Below, in pieces: positions 12,416 through 24,384 of a stretch of 64,000 nucleotides of DNA. The notes beneath the pieces are model-generated. The model saw only the letters and a program-made list of their open reading frames with translations. It ran no database searches and was not told the DNA's origin. This stretch comes from Phoronis australis. Lineage: Eukaryota; Animalia; Phoronida. Each line of letters starts with the position of its first letter. The first letter of the stretch is position 1. Location of the stretch: the NCBI GenBank assembly GCA_002633005.1, contig NMRA01000831.1, positions 51,662-115,661 on the forward strand, read 5' to 3'. The position numbers were made by a program, and so were the translations under genes.

Positions 12416-13122
12416 ACAGCACAAAGGAGCTTCTGAAGTAGCTTTGCACCGATTGCGCCGCTGAGGGCAAAAAAACTGGCCAAATAAAATCTGACCAAAA
12501 ATTTGTGTAATTAAAAAATACAATATTCCTTGAGTAAACTAAATTATTTACTGGTGTTGAAAAAATTGGCGTTCTGTGGCAGTTTCTTTTTGCGCCGATT
12601 CTTAAATCAACTGTTCTTCCCTCACAAGGTTGTGTAAAAGTCACAAAAAAATTCAGAGCTGCTTTCATTTCGTTACAAGTTTTAAGTATTTTAGTACCAG
12701 CAAACTGAATTTCAGAATAAACTTCGCTACTGCGAAGCTGTCATCATCTCCCATGAGATATTGCAAGAATTTAGGACATGGCGTGTGCATATGTCACAAG
12801 CTTACTGTTTCCAAAACAATGACAGACTTTTCTTTGTAACAAAAGGCGGGGAATAATGCAAGAAAATGATGTTCATCAGATTGTTTTCACTTAAACAGCT
12901 GCAACAGCTAAGGTGAGTGTAGATTGACTTCCAGATTTTGCATGCACCCCCGCCGGTTGTTAACTCTATAGATTGATATAATTTTCATGGCAAGGTGACA
13001 AGCAGAAATACACGGTTTGTGTGAAACATTGGAGTCTAACAGAGCTCAACACAATGTGGTTAAACTAGCGTTATTTTGACGATAGGCTTCTTACGGCTAG
13101 TTGGCTGGCTACATCTCAAGTA

Positions 13123-14002
13123 CCGTATTCGCCGTAATAACCGCCCAGGGCGCTTAGAAAAGTTCAGTTCAGGGGGGGCGCTTATTATAACCCAAGGCGG
13201 TTGAAACCCGGTCTCCAAAAAGGGTGAAATCGGAAGCTAAGATTCATCAAATTTACGCTCTGTGACGTATATGTAATCTAGTATGAAAGACTTGCAACAA
13301 AACTGTGGAGCATTGCTATCAAACTTTGCTGCCAAATTACGATCAATTTACAGAAAATTGTGCTGAAATCCCAGAGCAAAAACTCGCCGACTGACTGCCT
13401 CGAAATCGCCGTCTTCGATATGGCGACTTCAATGCTTAAATAAAAATGGCTTCGACTCGAGCAAATTACCTGAAATCCTCATTAAGTTTTATAAGTAGCG
13501 TCTCTAAGATTTTTTTAGTTTCCGTGGACTGGATTAACGGCAGGTTTAAGTACAAATTAGTGCCAATATTCATTTCTTATCGATGCTATGCTACCCGTTT
13601 CATGAATGGATAGTTCCCAACTAATGTCTTTGAGGACAGGTTAATGTATGTAGCGCGAGCTTCCTGGCCACGTGCGTTTAACACCGAGTTATTTTTATTC
13701 ATGAGATAGTCGATGTGTCTACTGAAAGGTCAGACCATAGTGGGACACGGTCGTCACGAGAGCGTAGCAACGCTGTTGCATTCTTTTTGAAGCACTGCGT
13801 TACTTTGAAGTGTAAAGTCACAGCTATATATAAACGTAGCAGTGCCACTGGTGGTCTAGAAGACCCGTGCAAAATTTTTTTTGATAAATTGAAGACGTTA
13901 CTGTAGCTGAGTTAGCATGTATGCGTTCATGGACTGGACGCTTATTTCACCAAAGTCTGAAAACGCGTGGGGGGGCAAGGGCAGTTATTACGGCGAATAC
14001 GG
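13123..14002. mobile_element. Tc1/mariner-superfamily (pogo/Tc2-like) MITE
   Basis: TA TSD. TIR CCGTATTCGCCGTAATAACCGCCC / GGGCAGTTATTACGGCGAATACGG. Confidence 0.85.
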
Positions 14003-15292
14003 TAACTGCTTTTTGTTCATACCTGCCATAAGAGATCTAGCTGTGAATTGACACCCAATGTGAAGTATTTGTTCAGGGTTAATGCCCACATTCACCTAAA
14101 CACACCCTCCTCCCATAATTTTCTAAATTTTCATTTTTATACGAATGCACATAATTATCAAAACTGCCGCCAGGGGCCTTAGAATATGCTGGAGCCGTGC
14201 GAAACTGGGCAGGTGTAACCTTCTTTATAGAAAAACATAACTCAAACTTTATGAAGTGCCACCAAGAGACTTCACACCGGCAAATGCAAAGAGAGGAAAT
14301 TGCTACAAAGAGGCAGGGCACAAGTCAGATCCGTACTGAAGTCAAGGTAAAAAGTATTTACATTGACCCAAAAAATTAGGCCAACCAAAGAGAATGACAA
14401 CGCTTTAAAGAAGTTGGTAGATATTGAAGCATCCACAAAAAAATAAAACTGGTACTAGATTGCATAACAACTGTTGCATTAGTTCAAAATCAATGCCAGT
14501 CTCTTGAATAGAAACATGATCAGTCAAATTCTATGGTGATCCTTCACCAAACTAGGTGGATATTGCGGTCTGCATAAAAACCCAATACTGCCATTAAGGA
14601 ACATAAAGGTATTCAGATTCCCAAATTCACTAAGAACATCAATGATGACGACCCTTCAAAACAATTGGAACATAGAAAAACACTGAAATTGTTATTAGGA
14701 AGTATGGTAAGATGTTGCCACTAAGTGACACAGGATGAGCAGCTAAATTTGTCCAGCAGACATCCTCATTCGTGGTCATAACTTGATCATGGGTGCATAG
14801 CATCTACAACAGCAAATACAGCTTTGACTTACACTTCCTCTATGTGGCCATCAGCTGTAGTCACATGCCCGATTTTAAGGTGATAACGAACACGATGGTG
14901 GCCATAATCACAATGAATTTCCATATCAGACTGAGGTGTTGTGAAAACCTGGGCACTGCAAAATAAAAAATATGTCAGGAATAGGTTGACAATGATATTA
15001 GTTAAATGAATTTCAATTTATTAATCTGTTTGTACACTTGCAGATAAGACTTGATTGAAACAGACCTTTGAGGTCAGGAAATTGATGATGTATTTTGTAT
15101 ACCAAAAAATATTGTGCAACACTCTAGAAGATTCTAGCATTTAGGTGAATGATGTAATCTAGAACACTCTAGAGCCTAGTATTTATTTGAGGAAAATACA
15201 TGAAGTTCTAGAATGTGCTTTAATTGGCGTTTCGTTCCAGAATACTGTGAAAGGGTGAGAACAAAAGGCAAACCCGCGAGGCTGAAAAGCAG

Positions 15293-16560
15293 ATGGAGAG
15301 TAAAACAATGGAACAAAAGAGGGCACTAGCCACAATAAAAGCTGAGCAGGTTGCAACCGAGGGTTGCCCAGTGAGGACAACTGGTGGCGCCAAACTGCAG
15401 CTACCTAAGTTTAACGAAAAGCAGGACGATGTGGAAAACTTCCTGCAAAGGTTCAAAGGATATGCCAAGACTTCAGGTTGGATTCAGAGTAAATGGGCAA
15501 TTAGACTCAGTCCCCTGTTAACACAAGGGCTACAACCTACCTATGAATATGCAGTGGACTATGTGACACTCAAAAGGGCTTTGCTGAAGTGGTATGAACT
15601 CACTAAAAAGGAATTTCGCAAGCAGTTCTGATAACCAAGAGCTGAGAGGGTCAAGATGGCTTACCAGTTTGTGGCCCTACCCAGACAGATGAATCAACAT
15701 GTAGAAATTTGGCAAAGACCTTGATGAGTTGAGAGACCTGTTGGTACGTGAGCAGTAAATGAAAACCTGTGTTAGAGACCTGACCTTGTTCCTATGAGAA
15801 TGGACACCCAAGCCTGTTTCAGAGATGGTTGACTTGGAAGACAGGTATGCTGAGGCCCATGAAGTTGATGTATCAAGCACTCGGTCGTCAATAAAAGAGT
15901 CCCAAGAATGACTAGTCAAGCCAGACACCCAGAAAGTCGACCAAAAGAAAACTGACCTCACAGAGGAAAGCTAGGTGCTTTCTCTGTCACAAAGCTGGAC
16001 ACTTGCCAAGAGACTGGTACACAAAAGTCAGCAGTAGTCTACCATCAAGGCTCCCAGAGTAAGGAGAGGGATTTGATGAAGCGTGCTAACCATGAAGGTG
16101 CCTTCAAAGGAAAGCTACATCTGAAGGACGGATACGTTGGCATGAAGAAGGTCTTGGTGCTGAGAGACAAAGGCTACACCATCACCATTGTGATTCGATC
16201 CAGTTTAGTTGAACTAAGAGTTATGACCTGCCCGAAGAGGTCATGCGAGTTGGCATACTCAACATAAAGACACCTTACAACATGGGAGAAGTGTTTGCGA
16301 TGTGCATGAAACATCCAGTGGCAGAATCGATTATCGAGAACGTCACTGGAGCCTTGGACTCTGGGGATATTGAGCAACAACAGACAACAGCCTAGTGGAG
16401 GGTACAAAAGATGACCCTCAAGTGGGTACTAGTGTGGAAATTATAAGGAGAGGTGAATTTCAATGGAACCAAGTGACAGCAAAAAGAAAGAGACTGTATT
16501 GGGGAAAACAAAAGCAAAAACAAGACTGAGGACAAAGGTTAATCCACATCCTGCCCCCCC
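15293..16560 (+). mobile_element. Gypsy gag (SCAN/Gmr1-like) plus protease, degenerate
   Basis: LPKFNEKQDDVENFLQRFKGYAKTSGW..KWAIRLSPLLT..DYVTLKRALLKWYELTKKEFRKQF, CFLCHKAGH knuckle relic and VLVLRDKGYT protease relic. Confidence 0.8.
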
Positions 16561-19175
16561 ACGAAACCAAAAAATATAACACCAGTCTAAACTGACAGTT
16601 CAAGAGGAAGTATGTCCAAAAACAACAGTGGTACAACGGTTAACGATAATATCCTGAGGTGGGTTGTTTTCACGTTACCACAAGAATAGTTGTGATCCTT
16701 CTCTAATTAACCATCTGAGAGAAATGCGCGGGGAGTAACTGTAAACAGTAACAGTTTGTGGAGACTTTTGATCATGCACAGACCTGTGTGAAAGAAGCTG
16801 TCACCTGCGTAGGCAGCAAATACCAATCTAAGTGTAGTAGTTGCAGAATCCTTTACGACAAAAAAGTGAGAGAAAAAGAATGCAAATTTTCTTCAATCCA
16901 AGGTTTTTCAAACTAGGCACAACCTCAATGTAACCCTTGTTGACATGCTCTTGAAACACATCACAATAGGCTTTGACTAAATCCAACTGTTGAAGTCTCC
17001 TAATAACTTGTGTCTTAAACAAACTGAGCTGATCAACATCAACATTTTCCTCATGAAATATTGTATCATTGTCCATAATTGAATGAGATTCCACGCAGAA
17101 ACAAGTCATGGTCGGGACATTTGTCGCACACGTGACATTTAATGTGCCAGACAAAACAGCTCCACCAATGTTTGACAACTGTACAGTTGGTCCATTCCCA
17201 GTGACCAGTTTGCCAATTAAAAACTTCCACGCGGAATTGGCACCGATGAGCATGTCGACAATAAACGCCTCACCCTTGAAGTCATTTGTGAACTCAATAC
17301 CATCTAAACACGACAGTCCACGTGCAAGTTTCCAACCACACTGGTTTATTGGGGCAACGATGTTTAAAGTTATTAAGATAGGGACGTCGATCACACCCTC
17401 AGACACAAACATCGGCTACACTTTTCCTCTAATAACTTCTCTGAGAACCCTCGTCAAAGAATACGCATACCGTAAAAACTTTACCGTTGTTGATGCCGTG
17501 CATCATTTTTTGTCATTGGTTATTGTGTTTTGTTTACATGTCACGCTGTTTATTTTCTTTATAGGTAGCAGTACATCTTTTGCCGCTGCGATTGGGTTTC
17601 TTTTAGTAAGCCGGTTCTTTCCAGTGACTACAATAGCATTTGCATAGTCTAATAGTAGCTTGACCTGCCGGCTATTATAATGTATTAGCCTCTGTATGTT
17701 ACACGGGTTTTGATGACTAGCGTTTCTCGTGTATAGCGGCATTCGTTGACAAGATCGTAAAGCGAATCATGTGTTTTCCTCAGATGCTGCAACTTTTATA
17801 TTAAGCACAGACTGTTTACCAAACTGTTGTAAGTACTGAGTATTATGGCATAGCATGTTGTACTCATGTGTACCTACTAGCTAAGTTCAAAGCGTGTATA
17901 GTTGTTGTTTAACGTAGTTTCATTCAGCTGCTTGTTTGGCGTATATGTTGCGCGGTACCCGGTTCATAGAATAAATAGTTATGGGTCGCAGTTAGGCAGT
18001 TGTTTGTGTATGGTAATGGTTCGCAGTTGTAGAATAGATACAACGGGTTCCAGTTAATTGTGTATTGTTAGCGAGGTACATGTAGTATTTGACTGTCATA
18101 GATTCATTGTCGCGAGTCTTTCTAACGCTCTTGGTATATAGTGCTTGTTAATTATGCTTGCTTGCCGAGTACTCAGACTGTGTGTCTTCATTACAGATAA
18201 CCACTTTTCGGTTTCTCCTTTTCAACGCTTGTTCGGACACTTTTCATCGCTTGCAACTAAATAATAAAGTGTGTTATGCAAATGGCTTTTATCTTATCCC
18301 TGTAGTCAGACGCGGCTTCAACCGTAAACAAAGGCGCTTTGTGAATAAAAAATCTTTTTTTGCATTTGTTACTCAGTCCACAACTCTCTACACTTGATTC
18401 TGCTGACAAGTAACACGCATGGACACAATTCGCACTGAGCGACACTGTTGACAAAGGTTGGGTGTCGGGCTCAACATAACTTGCATTATACCTCTCATCT
18501 AAATCAACACGATTGTCATCATATTTCTCCACTCGATGTTTTAAGAACTTGAGGAACAAATCTAGGTCAAATGAGTCAATCTCGTCGTTCATGTCTCTCC
18601 TAACCACGCTTGGCAATTTTAACTCCAAAGTGGGAATCAACACTGTTGCATACTGCAGCCAATATCTACCTCCAAAGATTCTAACAAGCACACATCCAAC
18701 ATAACGCTGTTACAGAAATCTCTCAGGGAACTCCCACAAATATGGGGATTGGGCATTTGAGTAAGCCCCAAAATGTGAGCAGTGATAATCTTCTTGGGCT
18801 CTCCAAAATTATCTAGCAAAGTATCAATGAGGATGGCAAAATTGACTAGACAGCGGAGAGTGCGTCTCCTGTTAACAATCCATACAAATAGTCAAACTTT
18901 TTCACGTCAGATATGTCTGAGCGACTATCAACTTCAATTAGAAACCACTCCCACAATGCCGTCCACTCGGTCAGGAAAATTTGGGCAAACTCAATTTTGA
19001 TAATTTTGACACTGAGACCATGGGTTCAACTTTGACACTTGGCTTGCTTTCTAATTCAGTAAAACTGTCGGAAAAAATCTCTAACATGTTATAACTTAAG
19101 TTAAAAGAGTTCCGCAAGGTAATCTCAAGAGACTCACCCGAGGCCTGCTCTGCCTCTTCTTCTGACAACTTCACT
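16560..19175 (-). mobile_element. BEL/Pao LTR retrotransposon relic (DUF1759-type gag, protease region, RT start)
   Basis: KLSKLSLPKFS; LDNFGEPKKIITAHILGLTQMP..SLRDFCNSV; LELKLPSVVRRD; VDMLIGANSAWKFL..GPTV..G.VLSG; YCDVFQEHVNKGYIEVVP. Confidence 0.8.
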
Positions 19176-19388
19176 CAATGTTTGGTTTATAGAAGGGCAG
19201 ATGCCAAAAACAAACTCGAAAACAGTAAAAAGGCCACTAGGTGATGCCAAATACCTCAAATCCTTCTAAAAGCTGGAAGATGGCATCATGTCTCTAACAG
19301 ATGCCTATATGCCAAATTTTATGAAAATCCGTTGAGTACCTCCAAAGATACAGAGGTAAGCATAAAAAACTAAAATTGCCATTAAGGT

Positions 19389-20356
19389 CATAGGCGGATT
19401 TGGGGGGGGCAAGGGGGCCCGGCCCGCCCCCTTGGCTGCCGCAAAAAAATAAAAATCAAGAACGTAGGGAATGTTGAGTTTATTAATTAACCCCGGTAAT
19501 TAACATTATACGGCGGAAACAAGATTTAAATGTGTGCATTTTTAGTGAGTTTGGGGGGGGGGCTCAGATCCAATTTCGAGTGTCAAATTCAGAACACGGC
19601 TCAACTGTAACAAAACTATGGCTAAGTATAGGCTCTCCCGCGATATCCCAGGAAGTGGGGCTGTGGATTATGACTCTGTTTCCGTCGTCTGCTTCACTGT
19701 GCAATGAAGAAAATTACTTCATTTTTTTAAAGAAAATGGAATCTGAGTGACGATGAAAAAACAGAAGCTGCTGGTAAGATGTGAATTTTAATTGAAGCCT
19801 TAATGAATCACTCAGAAACTCATAATTCTCTCTTTGTCAAACCTTAACTTAAGACGATTTCCAAAGCAATCAAGTCATTAATGTCAACACAAAAACGGAT
19901 TTGGTCTTTTGGGCAATTGAAGACTATTTTAAATACAACAAATTTGTTACGAACTGATCGTACAAATATAAAAAGTGTAATAAGCATTACAAAAAGAAGT
20001 AGGTTTCGCACGCAAACGCTGTGGACCATAAACAATTAGGTCTCTTATTATCAAGAACATGAGTGAAGTCGTGGTGGTGCAGTGGTAAAGCACGCACGCT
20101 CTATCAGCCAGGTCGTGAGTTCGAGTCTGTGATCACTGCCGTTTTTCACGTTTGGCACGTTCCGTTTTTTTCTTTTTCTTTGCCTTTTTTTCTTGGATAA
20201 TACTTCAGGAATCAAGGAAAATGCTTGATTTTTAGAGAAAAACAGAAAAATTTTCCTTGGTGGGAGGGGGGTCTGCCCCCCATTCAGTGCTATGCGCATC
20301 TAATCGTGCTTTGCACAAATGTTGGCCCCCCTTGTGATATCCTAGATCCGCCACTG
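19389..20356. mobile_element. Non-autonomous DNA element with ~5-bp TSD (hAT5-like)
   Basis: Termini CATAGGCGGATT / GATCCGCCACTG; flanks AAGGT / AGGGT (one mismatch). Confidence 0.65.
20068..20141 (+). pseudogene. tRNA-derived sequence (tRNA pseudogene or SINE head)
   Basis: A-box-like TGGTGCAGTGG and B-box-like GTTCGAGTC at tRNA spacing, followed by T-runs. Cloverleaf pairing is poor. Confidence 0.5.
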
Positions 20357-20929
20357 AGGGTGCACACTGGAAGTCAAAGAGGTCCAAAATTCATCTTCAT
20401 CTGTCATCAGCTTCATAGAAACACATCTGCCAAATCTCATCAAGATCCTGTGAGGAGCTCAGGAGAAACAGCTGCAGACGCCAAACAACGGGTGCCCGGA
20501 CACCGAGATAGAGAGATGATGGCAACGTGCAACCACATAAACATATGTGGGATGCATAAAAATGGCCACTTCAATTGGCACAAAACACCTCAAATCTATC
20601 TGAAAATGGCAGGATAGCCTCAACTTACGAATAGATGCCAATAATACAAATATTAAGAAAATCCGTTGAGGAACCTTGAAGATGAAGTAAAGGTAAAAAA
20701 ATAAAAATTGCCTATAAGGGGCATACCGGTGGTCGGATCGGTCCGACAGTTCGCTCATGCTGTCTCATCTACGAAAGAAACACATGTCTGAAATTTAATG
20801 AACATACGTCAAAGGGTTTTGGAGATTGAGCAGACTGACGCCAGACGGACGGAAGGACAAATCCACCGGGATGATGGCATAATGCATCCATTTATAAATA
20901 ATTATTATGTGGGTGCACAACAAGGACAT

Positions 20930-21755
20930 TAAGCTGAGCAATTCCTTGACGTCAGAACGCCAATAACAGTCACTACAACTTCTAAATGACTACCTTGGTA
21001 TCTTCACCAATCGGCCTGGAGAGACCGATTTGGCCAGCTACATGATCTAGTTGACCGTAGAAAACCAGTGAGAACAAGACCACGTCAGATTGGTACACTA
21101 CTAAGGATCTAGTGAAGAAGGATGTGTAGGGGATGTTGAAGATGAACATCACTGAACCTTTTACTTCAGCTTACAGTGTCTAAAAAGGACAGTACCACTA
21201 GCCTAAGTGTTGATTCCTGGCGGTCAACTTCAGTGACCAAATTTGACAACGAACCCATGGGTAACCCAGAAGCCATTACTGCGGCTCCATGGTCAACATT
21301 TCTTCTCCAAGCTTGACTTAACAAAGGGCTACTGGCAAATTCCCATGGATAAGGCATGTAAAGAGAAAACATCATTTGTGTGCAATTACCATTTGGTTTG
21401 GTGAACTCGGAGGCCATGTTCAACAGGATGATGAAGAGGATGTTGGAAGACTCAGATAATGTCGAGCAGTTCATTGATGATGTGCTACTGCACTGTCTCC
21501 TGGGAAGAACATCTCCTTACACTGAGAGACTTTATTCAGAGAGTAATTAAAAGGAGCAGGATCAACAACCAGACTGCTGAAGAGAACCATTGAGAATCAG
21601 GAGGTGGAGTTCCTTGCACATCATGTTGGGATGAGCTAGATAGCTACGGACAACCAAAAGGTAATGAGGAACCAGGACGCACCAACGGCATCTACCAAGA
21701 TGGAACTGCAGTCATTCCAAGGGCTTGAAGGGGAGTACAGGAAATTTGTGCCTTG
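20930..21755 (+). mobile_element. Gypsy reverse transcriptase relic
   Basis: LDLTKGYWQIPMDKACKEKTSF; LPFGLVNSEAMFNRMMKRML...QFIDDVLLH; SWEEHL; EVEFLAHHVG; ELQSFQGLEGEYRKFVP. Confidence 0.85.
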
Positions 21756-21787
21756 AACTAAGCACAGATAACGACGTACGCTTTTAA

Positions 21788-22917
21788 AAAGTTCCCGCCA
21801 TACATTTTTTTAGTTTTGGGGGTTTCAGTTAGCCAATATGAAATGAATGCCATGCAATCTAACTAAATAAGCACTTTTTATGCCAAATAGTCGTGAATTC
21901 TATAATTTTGAAGAAAAAACAGTTATTTTCAAGTTTCCCACCAAATGATCTAATGGGTGGAATTAAGACCTTAGGTCACCTGACAATCAAGTGCAAAGGC
22001 GGAACACAGCGTATCAGAAGACTAGGATGATTTTGAGCAAGAACTGGATAATTATTATGCAAGACAGAGAGGAGAGTGGATACAGGCACCACACTCAGGT
22101 ACTTGAAGAATCAGACAATGAATTTGATTTCCCACTTAGCAAACTTTTGTTGGCTTTGTGGCTGTATGAACTTGACCTACTTACATGAGAAATGCTGCAG
22201 ACATACATGTTTGTGAGCCACTGCAAATTGAACCAAGGGGTGGCCAATAATCACAAAATAGACACTTAATAATCATTGACAAAGGCCACAGTAAACCTGG
22301 GTCACTCATACCTACTATTGTCATGATGGAATGAGCATGGTCTAAACAAAATGCACAAGCCTATAGTGTCATAGCACTCGATCTGGGCTGAGGTCGAGGA
22401 CCTGGCCTCACTCGCCCTAGATTGGAAGGAGTTTTTTCGTTATTTATAAAATTTACAAATACACTTACAAGGTGGCGAGTCCTTCATTGTAACCCCGCTT
22501 TTTGTGTTTGGTCCAAACGCGATTCCTTGAAATGTGCTGAACAAAGTGCGGCTACTGAACTGACTGAATCACATCTTCCACACTGACATTCCACCCTCGT
22601 GCTGTGCACAAACCAATGCCATTTATGAGCAACGTTCGCAATTTGAACACAAAGATGTTCTCAGTCAGGTTGCTGTTACTACAGCCGCCACAACCACACA
22701 TTTTCGTATCTGAAAAAGGTGGATCTCCACGGACTTTCCTCTTAACTCCTCAGTAAGGCACTGGTAAAAGCACTGGAGGAGACTGTTTTCTACCCAGTAC
22801 ATACAATCCCGACGACAGAAAAAAAGTTTTTTGCAACAGGTATATTAAACACTACTAAATCGCTTAAGATGAATTAACAAAATTCTTTTTGAGACACAGG
22901 GTCATGGTGGGAACTCT
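21788..22917. mobile_element. Kolobok non-autonomous element, family 2, inserted between Gypsy RT and RNase H
   Basis: TTAA TSD. TIR AAAGTTCCCGCCAT / ATGGTGGGAACTCT. Minus-strand THAP relic at ~22470-22710 (GCSNSNLTENIFVFK...KW..FV...LCSAHFKES) ending at a GTAAGT donor. Confidence 0.75.
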
Positions 22918-22924
22918 TTAACAA

Positions 22925-23500
22925 ACCTACCGAAGAAGGGCCAGTAATTAAAAGTCGTGAGGACTGATATTCATGACCAAGTCACGAAGCTAAAGAAAGC
23001 AGTTGGAAGTGGTCCAATCCTACAAGCACTTCACCCAGACATTCATCATCAGGACAGACGCATTGAATGATTTAGGTGCAGTTTTACTGCAAAGTTTGGC
23101 AATGAGACACTCCTTACTGCGCATGCTAGCCAAAAAGCTGAAAGGGAGTGAACAGCATTAATTCACAGAAGAAAATGAGTATAAATTGGGAATAGTGTTT
23201 GCTTCCAATTTTAGTTCCACAAGACGGAATTCATGGTGCAAACAGACCACAAGTCATTGGGTATATATTCAGCGCTTTACGATTGAGAGCCCCAGAGTTA
23301 TGCAAAGGGCAATAAGAATGCAGAATTATAAATTCCATGTGGAAGATATCCTGAAAAACTCTAACATTGGAACTTAAGTCGACTAACGGATACAAGTCAG
23401 GGAGCACCTTAGAGAAGGACACAGAATCAGAAGATTATATATAAAAAATTATTGAGTAAGTGTCTCTTTGGCAGGGGTGTGTTGTCAGGAGAAAACTGAC
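22925..23500 (+). mobile_element. Gypsy RNase H relic, followed by a putative PPT and LTR start
   Basis: FIIRTDALNDLGAVLLQ; AHAS..LKGSEQH; FMVQTDHKSL; SPRVMQRAIRMQNYKFHVEDI. Then GGCAGGGGTGTG-T-TGTCAGGA; TGTCAGGA also occurs at ~14973, upstream of gag. Confidence 0.75.
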
Positions 23501-23514
23501 ACTGTTCTTAGTTT

Positions 23515-23825
23515 AACTTTATTCTGACCTCCTTCGTGACTAATGACATTTTCTAATAATACAACTAAAATTTGAAGCCTTTATTCATTGAAAATAAATA
23601 GTCCTTAAACTACAAGCGTTGCATGAAAAGATCCCAACTACATTTCAGTGATAATGTCAATTCAATGTAGAAAGCACTCTTGCCTTGAATCAAAGCTGAA
23701 AATTGAACAGGTATTGAAACTAAAACAGTATAAGAAAGGACCTTCAGTGTTTTCACAAATCCACAAGATTAGATTGAGGGACCTTAGTGGAGTCCCTATT
23801 AGGGACTGCTTCATGAAACCATGCA
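23515..23825 (-). mobile_element. Partial PIF/Harbinger MITE (same family as 56351-56784)
   Basis: Reverse-complement similarity to 56351-56680. Ends TAGGGACTGCTTCATGAAACCATGCA-CTG. Confidence 0.65.
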
Positions 23826-24384
23826 CTGGGAGAGACTAATAAGATTACCATGACCTGAGAGTGATGCAAAGAGATCCTAAACTTCTTTGATGAACACCAG
23901 GGGGGATGCAATCAATTTGATGCCTTTTTTCTATTACAGAAGCTACGGCGCATTTCAACTCCAACGCATCTTCCCTTACCTTTCCCACTAACTCCTCCCC
24001 ACTAATGACAGTGGAGTTACAGCTAGTTTGCACTGAATTGAACACGTGTTTTTCAAAGAAAAAGCTCCAAGTCAATTGGTCTCAAAATGTTAAAAGGGCA
24101 AGGCAACCATTTTTGGGGTCAGTTTTGATTAAATTACAATTTTATGCTTATCTTAGATGAACTTTCAAGTTAATTAAATTCACCTAGGTTCCAATTAATT
24201 ATACATACGTCTCTACAAAAGTGACGTTCATGGCTCAAACCATCCCACCAGCTTTGTTAGTGTGATGATCCACTGTGGATATCTGTTCATTTCATATTTC
24301 TAAATAATTATCGCAATTATTTGCTGCTGACAAGTCTTCTTAAACAAGCGTAGAATGAACTGTAATTCAGTTGAGTGGGATTAA

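Larger units (their letters stand above)
19176..20917 (+). mobile_element. Helitron-like family A, diverged 3' partial copy 3
   Basis: Monomers with GGCCACTAGGTG, GACGGACGG microsatellite and terminal GCATAATGCATCCAT...ATGTGGGTGCA. Interrupted at 19389-20356. Confidence 0.65.

Noticed and set aside
17108-17647. 179-aa plus-strand ORF
   Set aside because: Antisense shadow of the BEL/Pao relic on the minus strand.
23845-24075. 76-aa minus-strand ORF as a possible further exon of the DED gene
   Set aside because: No recognisable domain and no convincing acceptor site.
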